This document shows positions 52,561 through 64,000 of a DNA stretch of 64,000 nt, piece by piece. Both the position numbers and the translations under genes were made by a program. Location: contig CM097885.1 in NCBI GenBank assembly GCA_044892525.1, positions 31,064,001 through 31,128,000 on the forward strand, written 5' to 3'. The number at the start of each line of letters is the position of its first letter. Position 1 is the first letter of the stretch. Source of the DNA: Schmidtea polychroa. Its lineage: Eukaryota. A model generated the notes under the pieces. That model saw nothing but the letters and a program-made list of their open reading frames with translations, did no database searches and had not been told where the DNA came from.

Positions 52561-53659
52561 ATTCATCAATTTTGAGGGGGTTTAATTAAATATGAATTTT
52601 TAAATGAGAATTCGAGATCATACGCATCGAAATAATATTATTTAATCTTTAGAAAAAGATTTTGTTTTTATAATAAGCATAAATAAAATTAAATATCAAA
52701 TATAGAATAATAATTATTTCATACAATAACAGGATTATACGCTTTGGCGGGAACATAAATTTAAAAAAATTAAAGCCTAGATTAGAAACAAATAAAAATT
52801 TAAAAGTAAATTTTATTAATAAAAGCAAGAAAACACTAAGCGTAAAAATATCACCAACCTTTTTCATCTTGATTTGACTTAATGAAACTTTTATAGAGAT
52901 CTTAATTCGAAAGTATTACATAGGTAATAAAATATAAATATTATGTCACTATTTATTAAAAATTAATTGATAATTTTATAAAAAATTAATATGAAAAATT
53001 AAAATTATCTGAATGATTAAAATGTGAAAAAAAAAATTTTTGATTTATCAAAAAAAAAAAATTAAAAATGTAACCGAAGAAAACCCCAGAAGACTTTATA
53101 AAAATAAGTCATTTTAATTGCAAATCAAGCAAATAATTTTATTAAATTCTTATTATTGTATGAAGTTGATATTTAATTTTTAATCACTGCTCTGTTAGAT
53201 GATACCGAAATTAAAGTCTCCTGAAATATTGAAGGATTGCTGAAATCACAATTTTTATGTAAGAATAAATTTAATTATAAAATTTCAGCTAGGGATTCTG
53301 ATAAACAGATTTTTAAAATAAATAATAAATAAATAAATAAATAAATAATAGATTTGTTTTCTTCATTGTCATTTATTTTATTTTTTGAGAATTTAATATA
53401 TGGAAATAATATTTATCAAGAATCATTTATTTCATAATTAAAAGTTGATGTAATTAATAAAGTTTATTTAATAGGATTTATATCTAATCTAATAATGCTT
53501 TATTTTAATTTGATTATGTTATTTTTATATTTTAATTACTATTAGATATTTTATTTAAACGCTATTAAATTAAAAATTTATACTATGAAATGTCAAGGTA
53601 ACATTAATAGATGAAAAATGTTAAACTATAAGTTTACAATAATTTCCTATGTATAACTA

Positions 53660-53790
53660 CAGTGGTCTTCAAACTGTGTTCCAAGGAACCCTAGGGTTCC
53701 GTGAAATCATCTAAAAAGTTAACTCAGTATCCATAAATAAATTTATTTCACATCAAGGTTCTGCGAGCTTTTGAAGTTTGAAGATCACTG
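53660..53790. mobile_element. hAT-Charlie-like MITE, 131 bp
   Basis: TIR CAGTGGTCTTCAAACT vs CAGTGATCTTCAAACT, internal palindrome GGAACCCTAGGGTTCC, degenerate 8-bp TSD TATAACTA/TATTAGTA. Confidence 0.8.
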
Positions 53791-54267
53791 TATTAGTAGA
53801 TTAATTGCACTAAGTGAAAATAGAATAAAAGACCAAATAAAACCTTTTGTAACTGAAATATAAGTTATTGCGTATAAAATCTGACTCACTATGAATTGTA
53901 ACAGGAATGATGTGCATATCTGATAAGATTTCACATAAAATTAAACTGAAATTCGATCTCGATCAAAAACATTGTACCGATCATAATAACATTTTCAAAA
54001 TGAAAAATATTCATAAATATTTGATATTGATTTCGAATATGCATAATCAATTTTAAATTTAGTGAATAAATTTAATTGATTTTTATTAATATTATATTTG
54101 TTTTAATGAAGTAAAAAAATTATTTTTGTTTAGTATCTTGATGGAAGATTTGACACCCGGTGAACATTTAAATTTAGTTGTCTTTTTTAATTTTGTAATT
54201 TTTTTTAATTTTTTAACAAAATTTAAATGTGATAAAAAAATTAATAATAAATAAAATTAATACTGAC

Positions 54268-54423
54268 TAGGTATGCAGGGTCGAACTGTTGAGTTGCTTT
54301 GCTTGTAACCATCTTTACATCTGTCACAGGTTTGTCCAGTTACTCCATCTTTGCAGTAGCACTGTCCAGTTTTTTTGTCGCATTCATTTGGTTTAATAGA
54401 TCCTATGGTGTGGCATTTGCAAC
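54268..54423 (-). CDS. netrin: Netrin exon, laminin-EGF domain 3 (156 bp)
   Basis: CKCHTIGSIKPNECDKKTGQCYCKDGVTGQTCDRCKDGYKQSNSTVRPCIP. aag acceptor, A|gtcagt donor, phase 1-1. Not in the ORF track. Confidence 0.93.
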
Positions 54424-54801
54424 CTTTCGAAAGTAAACAATTAACATTTTTTCAAATAAAAATTAAATTAATATTTGGCAGGAAATTCACATAATAAATT
54501 AATAGTAAAAATATTAAAATAGATTAGGACAATGGATAAAGGCTTACATTTTCATGGGGGCAACTCACCACGGTAAGGGAACTAAAAATTAAGAATGCTG
54601 AAAACACAAAATAGTAATATTTTAAAAAAGAAAACCGGTAATTCTTTTAACGTAAATAATTATAAAAATTCTGCAATTTTATATTCTAATCTTTTATAGA
54701 CGCGTTTATACTGATTTAATAATATAAATTAATTTTTTTATCAATTGAATTTAAAATATTGTGTTTTGTTTCAGAAAGAAAATATAAATAAAAAACCAGA
54801 C

Positions 54802-54905
<104 letters not shown>

Positions 54906-55198
54906 TTTTTTTTATTGTATTGTTTTGTCTACTCCCGATTGTAAGTAAATGAATTATTCATTCTGAGACTCCGAAAATAAATTGTCATTTAAACAAATGA
55001 TCCACTTTCAACTTGCCTAAATGTCTTGAAATCAATTATCAAAGAGAAAATATGAACAAAATATTGATTGTGCAAAATCCAAAGAATTGATTTAATGTGA
55101 TAATATTTTAATGATCGGGTAGTTCATTAATCAAATTCATGACTCATTTTCGTTCAAATTACGACGTACTCCACGGACAGCCAGGAAGATTATCCCCA

Positions 55199-55395
55199 TC
55201 AGTACCTGACCGTCGAGCACGAGTTCTGAAAATTATCGGCATTCCTACTCGGTTCATTGAGCACCGCCGTTGCAATTAGAAGTCCGAGTATCCCGATGCC
55301 GCTGATGATGATGCTGCTGATGGTGATGATGATAATCAACCGATGACGGCGACTTGGGTTGCGGGAAAATGCTAACAATTTCCTTTCCATTTCGA
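55199..55395 (-). other. Candidate alternative exon encoding a transmembrane-like segment, in frame with netrin
   Basis: GC-rich island. Acceptor ttttacag at 55397-55396. Phase-1 reading IEMERKLLAFSRNPSRRHR-LIIITISSIIISGIGILGLLIATAVL-NEPS...RY*. Partly overlaps a degenerate ATC/AGC triplet repeat. Confidence 0.35.
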
Positions 55396-55929
55396 CTGTA
55401 AAATTGATATTTTACACTGTGCTTATTTTCAAGATGAAACGAATTCAGCTCTATTGATTCTCAATATTGTCACATTGTGATGTTCATTCTTGCGCCACGG
55501 TTTCAACACGGAATCGTTTCGATTCATTCAACACAATCAGAAACGGCATAGAAATTTCTCAAACCGTTTCTCTCAAAATTCAAATGAAAGAAAAAAAAAC
55601 AACAAATCTTAAATTGAATTACAAATTTGTTTTACTAATTATTTTTCTTTCGCGGTTTTCGCAGGTGAATTTAACCGTGATCTGGTGGTGCTATTCGATT
55701 ATTTGCGCAACGTTTTTGAATTAGGGATAATTTTTTAATATTTGTGAAATAATTTTCCTTTTTTAATTTAAACACAACTATAGACATTAAATTTATATAG
55801 AACTTTTATGTTATCAGAAAGCGCCACTCATATCTACATTTTAAACTATATTTCGACAGTTTCGGTGTCATCATCAGGTTGGATAGAAAAAAACTGTAGA
55901 TAATATAAATTTATTAAACATTTTATAGA

Positions 55930-56000
<71 letters not shown>
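55930..56000. repeat. (ATT)n microsatellite
   Basis: Directly visible. Confidence 0.97.
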
Positions 56001-56001
<1 letters not shown>

Positions 56002-57929
56002 TTAAAAATTTAACTTTGTTTTTAAAAAAAATTTTAATTCATGATTGATGATTAAAATTAATACGAACTTTGATGTGAATTAAATATAATTTTTAAAAAT
56101 TTTAAAGGTATTTTAGAAAATAAAGTATAATTTAAAAAACTAAATATTTAATTAAATTAAAAAAGTTTTAAAATAATAATAATTTTGTAATTTGTTTAAT
56201 AAATCTATAATGTCCTAGCGATCCTACAACATTATATATTATAAATCGATAGTTTTTCCTATCCTACTTGATGAAGACAATTAGATTATCGAAATATAAT
56301 GTAAAACGTATGCCATGTTTATGTCATTATTCTTTATTTCTCAAATTTTTTCAAAGTTTTCTTTCTGTTATTCCTTTAATTATAGTTTTTAGAAATTAAT
56401 TCTACTTTATCTCAAATATACGTCCCTTAAAATTCTCTAAATTTATTATTTTAAATTTTATCGGTTTAGAAAATAACCTAAAATAGGTTTCCAATTTTTA
56501 TGTAAAAATTCAGCAGGTCCGATATGTCTTTTTTTTATTTCTAACGGATATTTCTAATCTTTATAGTAAATTTTTTATTTGATTTACCAAAGAGATTTTT
56601 ATATTTTATTATTTTCCATAAAAAAGAGGTGTAAATAAAACTATAGTACAAATAATTAAAATAATATATTTCCAAATGAACATTTTATATATCAAACAAA
56701 TTCTGTGTAACAACGGTTCTAGAAGATTTCAAACACAAAACTTCTAATTAATTAATTAATTAAAGTTTTTTTACGCCAGAAATCAATTTAATTTGACAAA
56801 CAAAATTCACAATTTGACAAAAAATGTATTAATGAAAATTGAATAGTTCAATTTAATTAATTTTATTAAGAAAGGGCACAAAAACTAAGAAATATTAAAT
56901 TGAGGAGCATGATTACAAGTTTATTGCTATTTGATATAACTGGTGTAAGAAAAGTAAGAAAAATTATTGCTAGAGAAAGCGATGAAAGCTAAAGGCGTTA
57001 TCTACCTAAGTGATTAGTAAACACGGTTAAAGATGAAAATATTCTCCAAATCGGAAAATTAGTTAAGATTCATTATTTTGAATTTTGAACTATTAAATTG
57101 CTCAGAGCTTTGTGTGAAATTGTGTTGTTAATAAAGTTTCAATTTTTACAGGTATTGACTTAAATTTTGTTCGTGACAAAACATCAGTAAACCCAACAAT
57201 AATATTAAATTAAAAGTTGGGAAAAATGTGAAAGTTGCCAATATTTTCAATAATTATTTTGAAATTGTTTTAACTTTTAGTGACTTGATTCTTTTTTAAT
57301 TTATAAAGAGATTTTATTTACACAAGTTTTGTCAGCTGTCCTATCCATGTTACTCAACAATTATTAAGTTAGTCTAAAAATGTTGAAATTCTGATACAGT
57401 AGTCCCATTCCTACTTACATCGGAAAAACAAATGTAAAATGAATGAAAGATAAATAAATAAATTGCTAAATGTGAGGTATTTTTACATCATTACCAAAAT
57501 GAATTTGCTATAAACAGAAAAAGTATACACTGTCTGATGTAAACATACACCCTCTGGATCTAATTATACCTACACTCGTTTGCAGTGAACAGGTTGGTGT
57601 GTGCACAACCAATTATAGATGCGTCACTACAATAGCATAATGTATTTATGATGAAATAGTTACTTAATGAAATTATGTTTAATTTATGTTTAACTATTTT
57701 AGCCATTTTGGAAATGACTTCAAGGTAATTTATTTTATTTAAAGTAAATTTTAAGACTTGAATTTTGATCCATATGAGATCATTATTGAAGCTCTTAAAT
57801 ATTACTTTTTATCAACATTATTATAAATTATTCATAATTAAAGTTCAGGGGTTTTAGGATTTTTATGAAATTTTATTAAGTTATTTGGCATTTTTTCGAT
57901 ATAATGTAAGTCAGATATTTTTAATTATA

Positions 57930-58200
57930 AATATATGAAGTAATCGCCAAACGCAATTCTCATTTCTTCCAAAGATGCATAAAAATTGGATTCTACGAAA
58001 TCCAACAAATTATTTCCCGGTTTTTCTGAAATAATTTGTCTTCTGGTACTTCTTTTCCTTTTGCAAATTTCTGCGTATTTTTTATATATGCAAATTATCG
58101 TTCCAATCGATTGTTTGATGATTCTAGGTAATCCTCCAAATTCTTCGTAATTTTCAACATTTTCAAATGCATTAATTAGTCGACTTTTGTCATGTTCTAT
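57930..58200 (-). pseudogene. Possible Tc1/IS630 transposase N-terminal relic
   Basis: DKSRLINAFEN... and LLDFVESNFYASLEEMR resemble the HTH region of IS630/Tc1 proteins. Frameshifted. Confidence 0.35.
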
Positions 58201-59226
58201 TAAAAAAACTAATATTAAATTTATTAAAAATTGAAGATAAATCTTACGAAATAATCTCTTTATTATCTATACAACTCAAAGTTGAGTTTTCGGAATTTTC
58301 ATCAAATATTTTTTCGGTAATTTTTTTCCAAAAATTTCTAAAAATTTCTGTAAATGATTTATTATAGTGCGTTTATTCATTACAACGATTCTACATATCG
58401 AAATTTTGCATGCATTTTTTAATATATGTTATGCTTGTGTGTGTCAGTTTATTTTTTCTACCACTTTCTATATTAAATACGTTTGTTCACTGCAACGCTA
58501 AAAATCAACACACAGGTAAGTTTGTATGTTTATATATTATACACGTATTGATTTTTACATTGCAGATGCGTTTGTTCACTGCTAACGGGTGTACTAAATT
58601 TACAAACAAAATTACACACACTTTTAAGTTACTTAAGTGTCGTTGCATTGTTAACCGTAGAAATCCCACAAAAATATCAAGTGACTGATGTAAAGATTAT
58701 CTGCTTATAATAGATTCAATATTGAAATAATGTATAGCATATATCAAACTATTAATGTAAGTTCCTCACAAACATGATTTATGTTAACATTCTTACATGA
58801 ATATGAAACTTGTTTTTTTTGGATTCACCAAACACCAGAGGGCTCTGTAACTGATTCAGTTAAAGATTTAACGAGATTTACAAACCAATTGTCCATAGGT
58901 TGCCCAATTCTATTCCTGTAAAATAATTTTCTGATACGCAATACCAACTAACCAACAAATTTTGGGACAATGCTTTATCTATACTATATCAAACCAAGCA
59001 ACTCACAATGGTATCGATTTTCAAATATTTATTCTATTAAGAGACAAGAACCAACCTCAGTTCCGGTACCTGTTAAAAACGCAGAAATATCAGAACCTAT
59101 TAATTATTACTTTATTTTCTACCAACCCTTATTTTGAAATAGCATTTAACCATACAATACATTATTATAATCTTTCCTTTTCCCCCAAGATTTCCACTAT
59201 TAATCTATCTTGATCAAAAACAAATA

Positions 59227-60180
59227 CAGTCAACCCTCCTACAACGCGACGGATAAGTTCTTAGGAAATCGCGCTGTAGGCAAATTAAGTTAATATTTAT
59301 ATAAAATGTGTTCACTAATGTCTTGATCACTCATAAAATTATCTATAACAACAAAATAAATAAATTTGAAGGTTTTCACCTTGAAAACATGAGTAAAAAT
59401 GATAATCCAAAAGAAAAGGAAAATTAACTTTTAGTTACAAAACTCTTTAAAAGGACGTACACCTTATATCTTCACAAAAAATGATTGCTTTTGTAAACTT
59501 CTTATTTATGTACCAAAATACCCGACTTTGTGCGTCTTAAACAAAATCTCTCCAAAAATCATGCAATCTGAAAATTAACCTCCCACAGCAACTATAGAGA
59601 CGAAATGTTAATTTATATATCCAACGGTCGTCCTATATATGTATAAAAAATTGTAAAGTTTCTGCTGTAATAATAAAAAGCCGTACTTAATGCGCATGTC
59701 CATTATTGGCTGTATTGAGTACGCCCGTTTTTTGTCTGCCAATTATCGGTCAGTAGTTACTTTCGGTTTAACAAATTATATGTTTTCAATTGAATTAATA
59801 TTTATAAATGGGGATAAATACAGAATCTTCATAATAATAATCCCATTCATAATTCCTTGTGATAACATCCATGTGATAACAGTTGTCTTCAAGAATTTTA
59901 GAGAGATTAACTTGATGCGGAAGACTTATTAGCTTCATTCCCGTCAATTGGTTAGATATTTAGACATTTTATACTGTTGAAGTACGGTTTCACTTTTATA
60001 AATAAACCCTTTCGCAAAACCTTTGCATTGGCTCTTCTGAACATCCCTATTTTATTCATCAGTTGCCTTTACAAACTTGTAATAATATTGTTTCATTTTG
60101 TTTCATGGCGTGTTATCTGCCTAGTATCTCTTTCATGGAGTCATATTGTGAGTAACCTTTATACTCTTCAAGCATGTAAC
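59227..60180 (-). mobile_element. Decayed pogo/Tigger-like element
   Basis: TA-CAGTCAACCCTCCTACAACGCG terminus is Tigger-like. Only weak coding remnants, other end not found. Confidence 0.4.
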
Positions 60181-60512
60181 GGTTAAACGTAAGTGAAATC
60201 CAAAAATGGATATTGCAAGAACTATTGCTCATAATGCTTGAGAATTAGATGCAAAAGATACAGTCTTGCAAAATATTGGTGGAAACGTTTCTTATTTGGG
60301 GATTTCAATTTATTGGAGTTGCCAACTTATTACCAACAAAAAGGTTTTATTGTTACCAATGAAAATATGCAAGCTGTTGATATAAAACTATAAAATTCTT
60401 GCTTTTTTAAAAAATGGTATATACGAACAATAGTAATAATGAAGGGGTTGCATAATTCACAAGGATAACATTCCGGGCATTCACATGCTGCATTGTTCAA
60501 TCGAAGACTTAC

Positions 60513-60701
60513 TTGTGCAAGCTGCACGATGTTCTTGCGGCTTAGTCCAATTTCTGTAAAACCCATTTTCACAGTTTTCACAATTATTTCCAGTTGTGTG
60601 ATGCCGACAGTTTACGCAGACCCCACCATTTGTGTAATTGTTCCTTACATAAATTTGGCTATTGAAGCGGCATCGGTGGGAATGTAGATTGCAATCGCAA
60701 T
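60513..60701 (-). CDS. netrin: Netrin exon, laminin-EGF domain 2 (189 bp)
   Basis: CDCNLHSHRCRFN...GGVCVNCRHHTTGNNCENCENGFYRNWTKPQEHRAAC, the netrin/UNC-6 V-2 pattern. ttcttag acceptor, A|gtaagt donor, phase 1-1. Upstream exons not found in the window. Confidence 0.95.
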
Positions 60702-61803
60702 CTAAGAAAAAAAGCTGTAACATTGATATTTATTATTATTAACTTTTTAATAACAGTTTTGCTTAAAACATCCACTCAAACAAATAAAGGAGGGATTCAT
60801 GCCTTTTCCCCTTACCCACTTGAGAAAGAATTGCAATATTTTAAAATTATATTTTAAAATTATATTATATAAAAACCTTAACTTTCTATCAACCAATTTG
60901 ACTCATTTAAAATTCTATTGCTACATATATATAATACTGATTTGTTAATTTTTGAATACATCTGTTGGTTTCTAGATACGTCATGAAATATATGTAAATA
61001 TTAATTACTCTCCTCTACCGACTCCCTCATTTCGCATATCGAATTAGGTATACCTATTTTACCAGTAAATCTAGTGTTAACAATGTTTATGATTATATCA
61101 TTTCTTACCTTTTCAAATTTCTGAAAAATATATTGCCAGTTGAAACAATTAGCAAATGAAATAAAAAATAGTCTTTTGATTTTTATGATCCCAAAGGTTT
61201 TTAATTGATCATATAAAATGATAATTATTTTTTAAACAGCATTTGTTTAAATGTTTTTGAAAAAATAAAAATCAATAAAATTTTAAAATAATAAAAAAAG
61301 TAAAATTTCGTTTCTATTTCAATTGCTACTAAATATGTAGTTTCAGATGGCCATTTCTGACGTATGTGAATTTGTGTGATATTTTTTCAAGCAATATCAA
61401 CTATCCTTCTTTCTTTTAGCTTATATGCTTATGAATATAACATTTGTAAATTTTCGCTCATAAAAGAAGAGTTCAAAAATTGAATAAATGTTTTTAAGTT
61501 TTAACATATTTTGCAACCTTGTCAATTTTAGTGATAAAAATGCCATAATTATTTGTCTTGCTATAATATTATTATTGTCAAATGTAAAATTTACTTTTAA
61601 TTCAAAATTGTATTTCAATCCAATTAATATTCAAACAACTCACTAATTTAAATTACAGTTGTAGTGCCTCCACCTTTTCGAATTCAACATCCATACATAA
61701 TATTATAATTTACTAGTATTAAAATTCTATATTTACTTATAATTCATTAATGAATATATATTATAGATTATATGATATTGTAATATATATATATATATAT
61801 ATA

Positions 61804-61977
61804 CAGTGCTCGAAGTGAGGCGGGATAGCCGGGATATTATCCCGGCATTGATTATGTAGGCGGAATTGCATCCCGGCACTTCATTTCATATAATCTATAG
61901 GTTTATCCCGGTACTTATTTCATTTTATAGGCACACAAATACTGCAATTAAGGTCACACATAGTACATCCATATATG

Positions 61978-62054
<77 letters not shown>

Positions 62055-62197
62055 TTTATTCTCTATTCTCTATTCAATTTGTTGGACACCCCCCAAAGTT
62101 TTGCAACACCTCCAACTGAAAATTTCTGCATAAAAGCCTGGAATCCCGGGTGCCACAGCATGCCTATCCCGGCACATATTTTGTTCCACTTCGAGCA

Positions 62198-62200
<3 letters not shown>
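61804..62200. mobile_element. hAT-type MITE, 397 bp, inserted in a (TA)n tract
   Basis: 14-bp perfect TIR CAGTGCTCGAAGTG, repeated ATCCCGG motifs, internal (TA)n, TATATATA on both sides. Confidence 0.88.
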
Positions 62201-62237
<37 letters not shown>

Positions 62238-62569
62238 GTCTTGTTTTAAAAATCAGATACCAAAATTGGACGCAGAAATACACCAATCATGCAAGCTCAT
62301 TCAAAATGTTATATCAAATAAAATATTTATTCGATTTACTCTAATTTTATTTCTCCTCACTAAAACAGTCAACATTCTATTTAAGCAACCTTTTAATTTT
62401 TTTATTCTATTTGTGTTTTCGGTTTTGGTTTCAGATTTTCCTAAATATTTCACTTAAAAAAAATTATTCTTTTACAGAAAGTAAAAAATTAATTTCCAAT
62501 GATTATATTAATATGTTTTATTTATTTACATAATACCAGTCTGTATCCCTAGGTTATGAGTATGGCTGA

Positions 62570-63360
62570 ATATGGTTAAAGTAAAAAAGTAATCCTGCAA
62601 GAAAAAATAAACGTTTTAAATTATCTAGAAAGTGGTAAACAGATCAAAGAAGTGAAATTAAAATACGGTATTGATAAATGTGTATGGTCACGAATAAAAG
62701 CCAATAAGAAAAACATTGATGAATTTGTGTAAAAAACTTATATCAGCCCATCAAAGATTAAAAACATGAAAAATCTACAATATCGTGATTTGGAAAATGA
62801 ATTGTTTGCCTGATTTACTCGGGAACGAAATAAAGATAATGTGGTTACTAATTTTCTGATAAAAGAAAAGCTGTTGAAATTAGCAAGAGAATCAACGGGC
62901 TCAACAACTTTAAAGCAAGTGATCTTTGGGTTACTAAATACAAAAAACAGTTTGGCATACGTACAGTATCACTACATGGCGAAAAGTTGAAGTGTGATGG
63001 TTCCATAGTACATGTGTTTTTGGAAAAATTTTCAAAATGATTGTTGAGGAAAGTTTATTGCCAGAACAAGTCTAGAATTGCGACGGAACTGCCTTATCCT
63101 ACAAAATGCTTTACAAAAACACCAATGTTCTATTGAGTGAAAGAGTAGCGCCAGGGTATAAAACAGCAAAGAAAAGGATAACAGTGATACCATGCACCAA
63201 TTCAACAGGTACACATAAATTGGAGTTATTATTCATTGGTAAATCACAAAGACTCTGGTTTTTCAAAAATTTCACAGGCTATCAAAAATGCCTGGCAAAG
63301 TACAATTGTTTTTAAACAATGGTTCTATGATTCATTCGTCCAGGGATATCGAAAACATTT
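62570..63360 (+). pseudogene. Decayed Tigger/Jerky-like (pogo) transposase
   Basis: EKINVLNYLESG, LENELFA*F, FKASDLWV.KYKKQFGIR, NCDGTAL and PGYKTAKKRITVIPCTNSTGTHKLELLFIGKS. Confidence 0.85.
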
Positions 63361-63873
63361 TCTTTATACATTGGGCACCACAAATAAAATCACATGAATG
63401 AATTAAAAAAAAAAATTTGAGAGATGTGTGCCTTTTATTACTTGAATTATGAAATGAATTGTCCCAGGCTACGATAAAATCGTTCTTCAGTATACTATAC
63501 AGCTCATTGGACGATATTCGGTTTAACCTTCCACATAATCATACAATGCGAACACGTACCCGAAGAAGATGTCATTGCTAGGACAAATGGAGAAGTGGAA
63601 AATAAAATCAATGTGATTGATCAAATGGTCGTAGATGAAATCGATGAGCAGGATGTTGAACAAATCTGTAACCAAATACGAATTGAAAGCATCAATAATG
63701 TTATTGACTCTTCTAACGATTGAATAATTTTCCATTAAATGAAATTTTAACTTTAAGTAACATGCAAGAAAGGACTATTCTGAAAAAATATGACAAAAAT
63801 GATCAGTGTGAACAGTGTCAATTTAAAGAATCTATAACAGTGTTAGGTTACTTAAATGGCTTATTGTACTTAC

Positions 63874-64000
63874 CAGTGCTCGAAGTGAGGCGGGATAGCC
63901 GGGATATTATCCCGGCATTGATTATGTAGGCGGAATTGCATCCCGGCACTTCATTTCATATAATCTATAGGTTTATCCCGGTACTTATTTCATTTTATAG
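63874..64000. mobile_element. Second copy of the 61804 MITE (cut by the window edge)
   Basis: 127 bp identical to 61804-61930. Confidence 0.9.

Noticed and set aside
60190..60480. Possible PIF1 helicase relic (IGGNVSYLG) and the 83-aa Cys-containing ORF
   Set aside because: Too degraded to support; the ORF is an off-frame read-through from the netrin exon into the intron.

Overview
AT-rich eukaryotic (invertebrate) genomic DNA with large, transposon-filled introns. Composition and long (TAA)n/(TA)n tracts would fit a triclad flatworm, but that is inference only. Host genes: (1) two minus-strand exons of USP7 (N-terminal extension, MATH domain, start of the catalytic domain); the gene continues off the left edge and no start exon was found; (2) an intronless plus-strand CD225/dispanin-like membrane protein; (3) five phase-1 minus-strand exons forming the 3' half of a netrin gene (LE2, LE3, a 30-nt microexon, NTR/C345C), three of them absent from the ORF track; (4) an intronless, atypical PIM-like kinase nested antisense in a netrin intron. 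Mobile DNA: two complete hAT elements with intact transposase ORFs and perfect 8-bp TSDs, a frameshifted DD34E Tc1/IS630-like element, a full-length Ty3/gypsy element with identical 111-bp LTRs and a -1 frameshift signal, a ~410-bp inverted repeat enclosing a probable solo LTR, and many MITEs and relics. The most intriguing but unproven signal is a GC-rich candidate exon in the netrin LE2-LE3 intron that is in frame with netrin and encodes a transmembrane-like segment.
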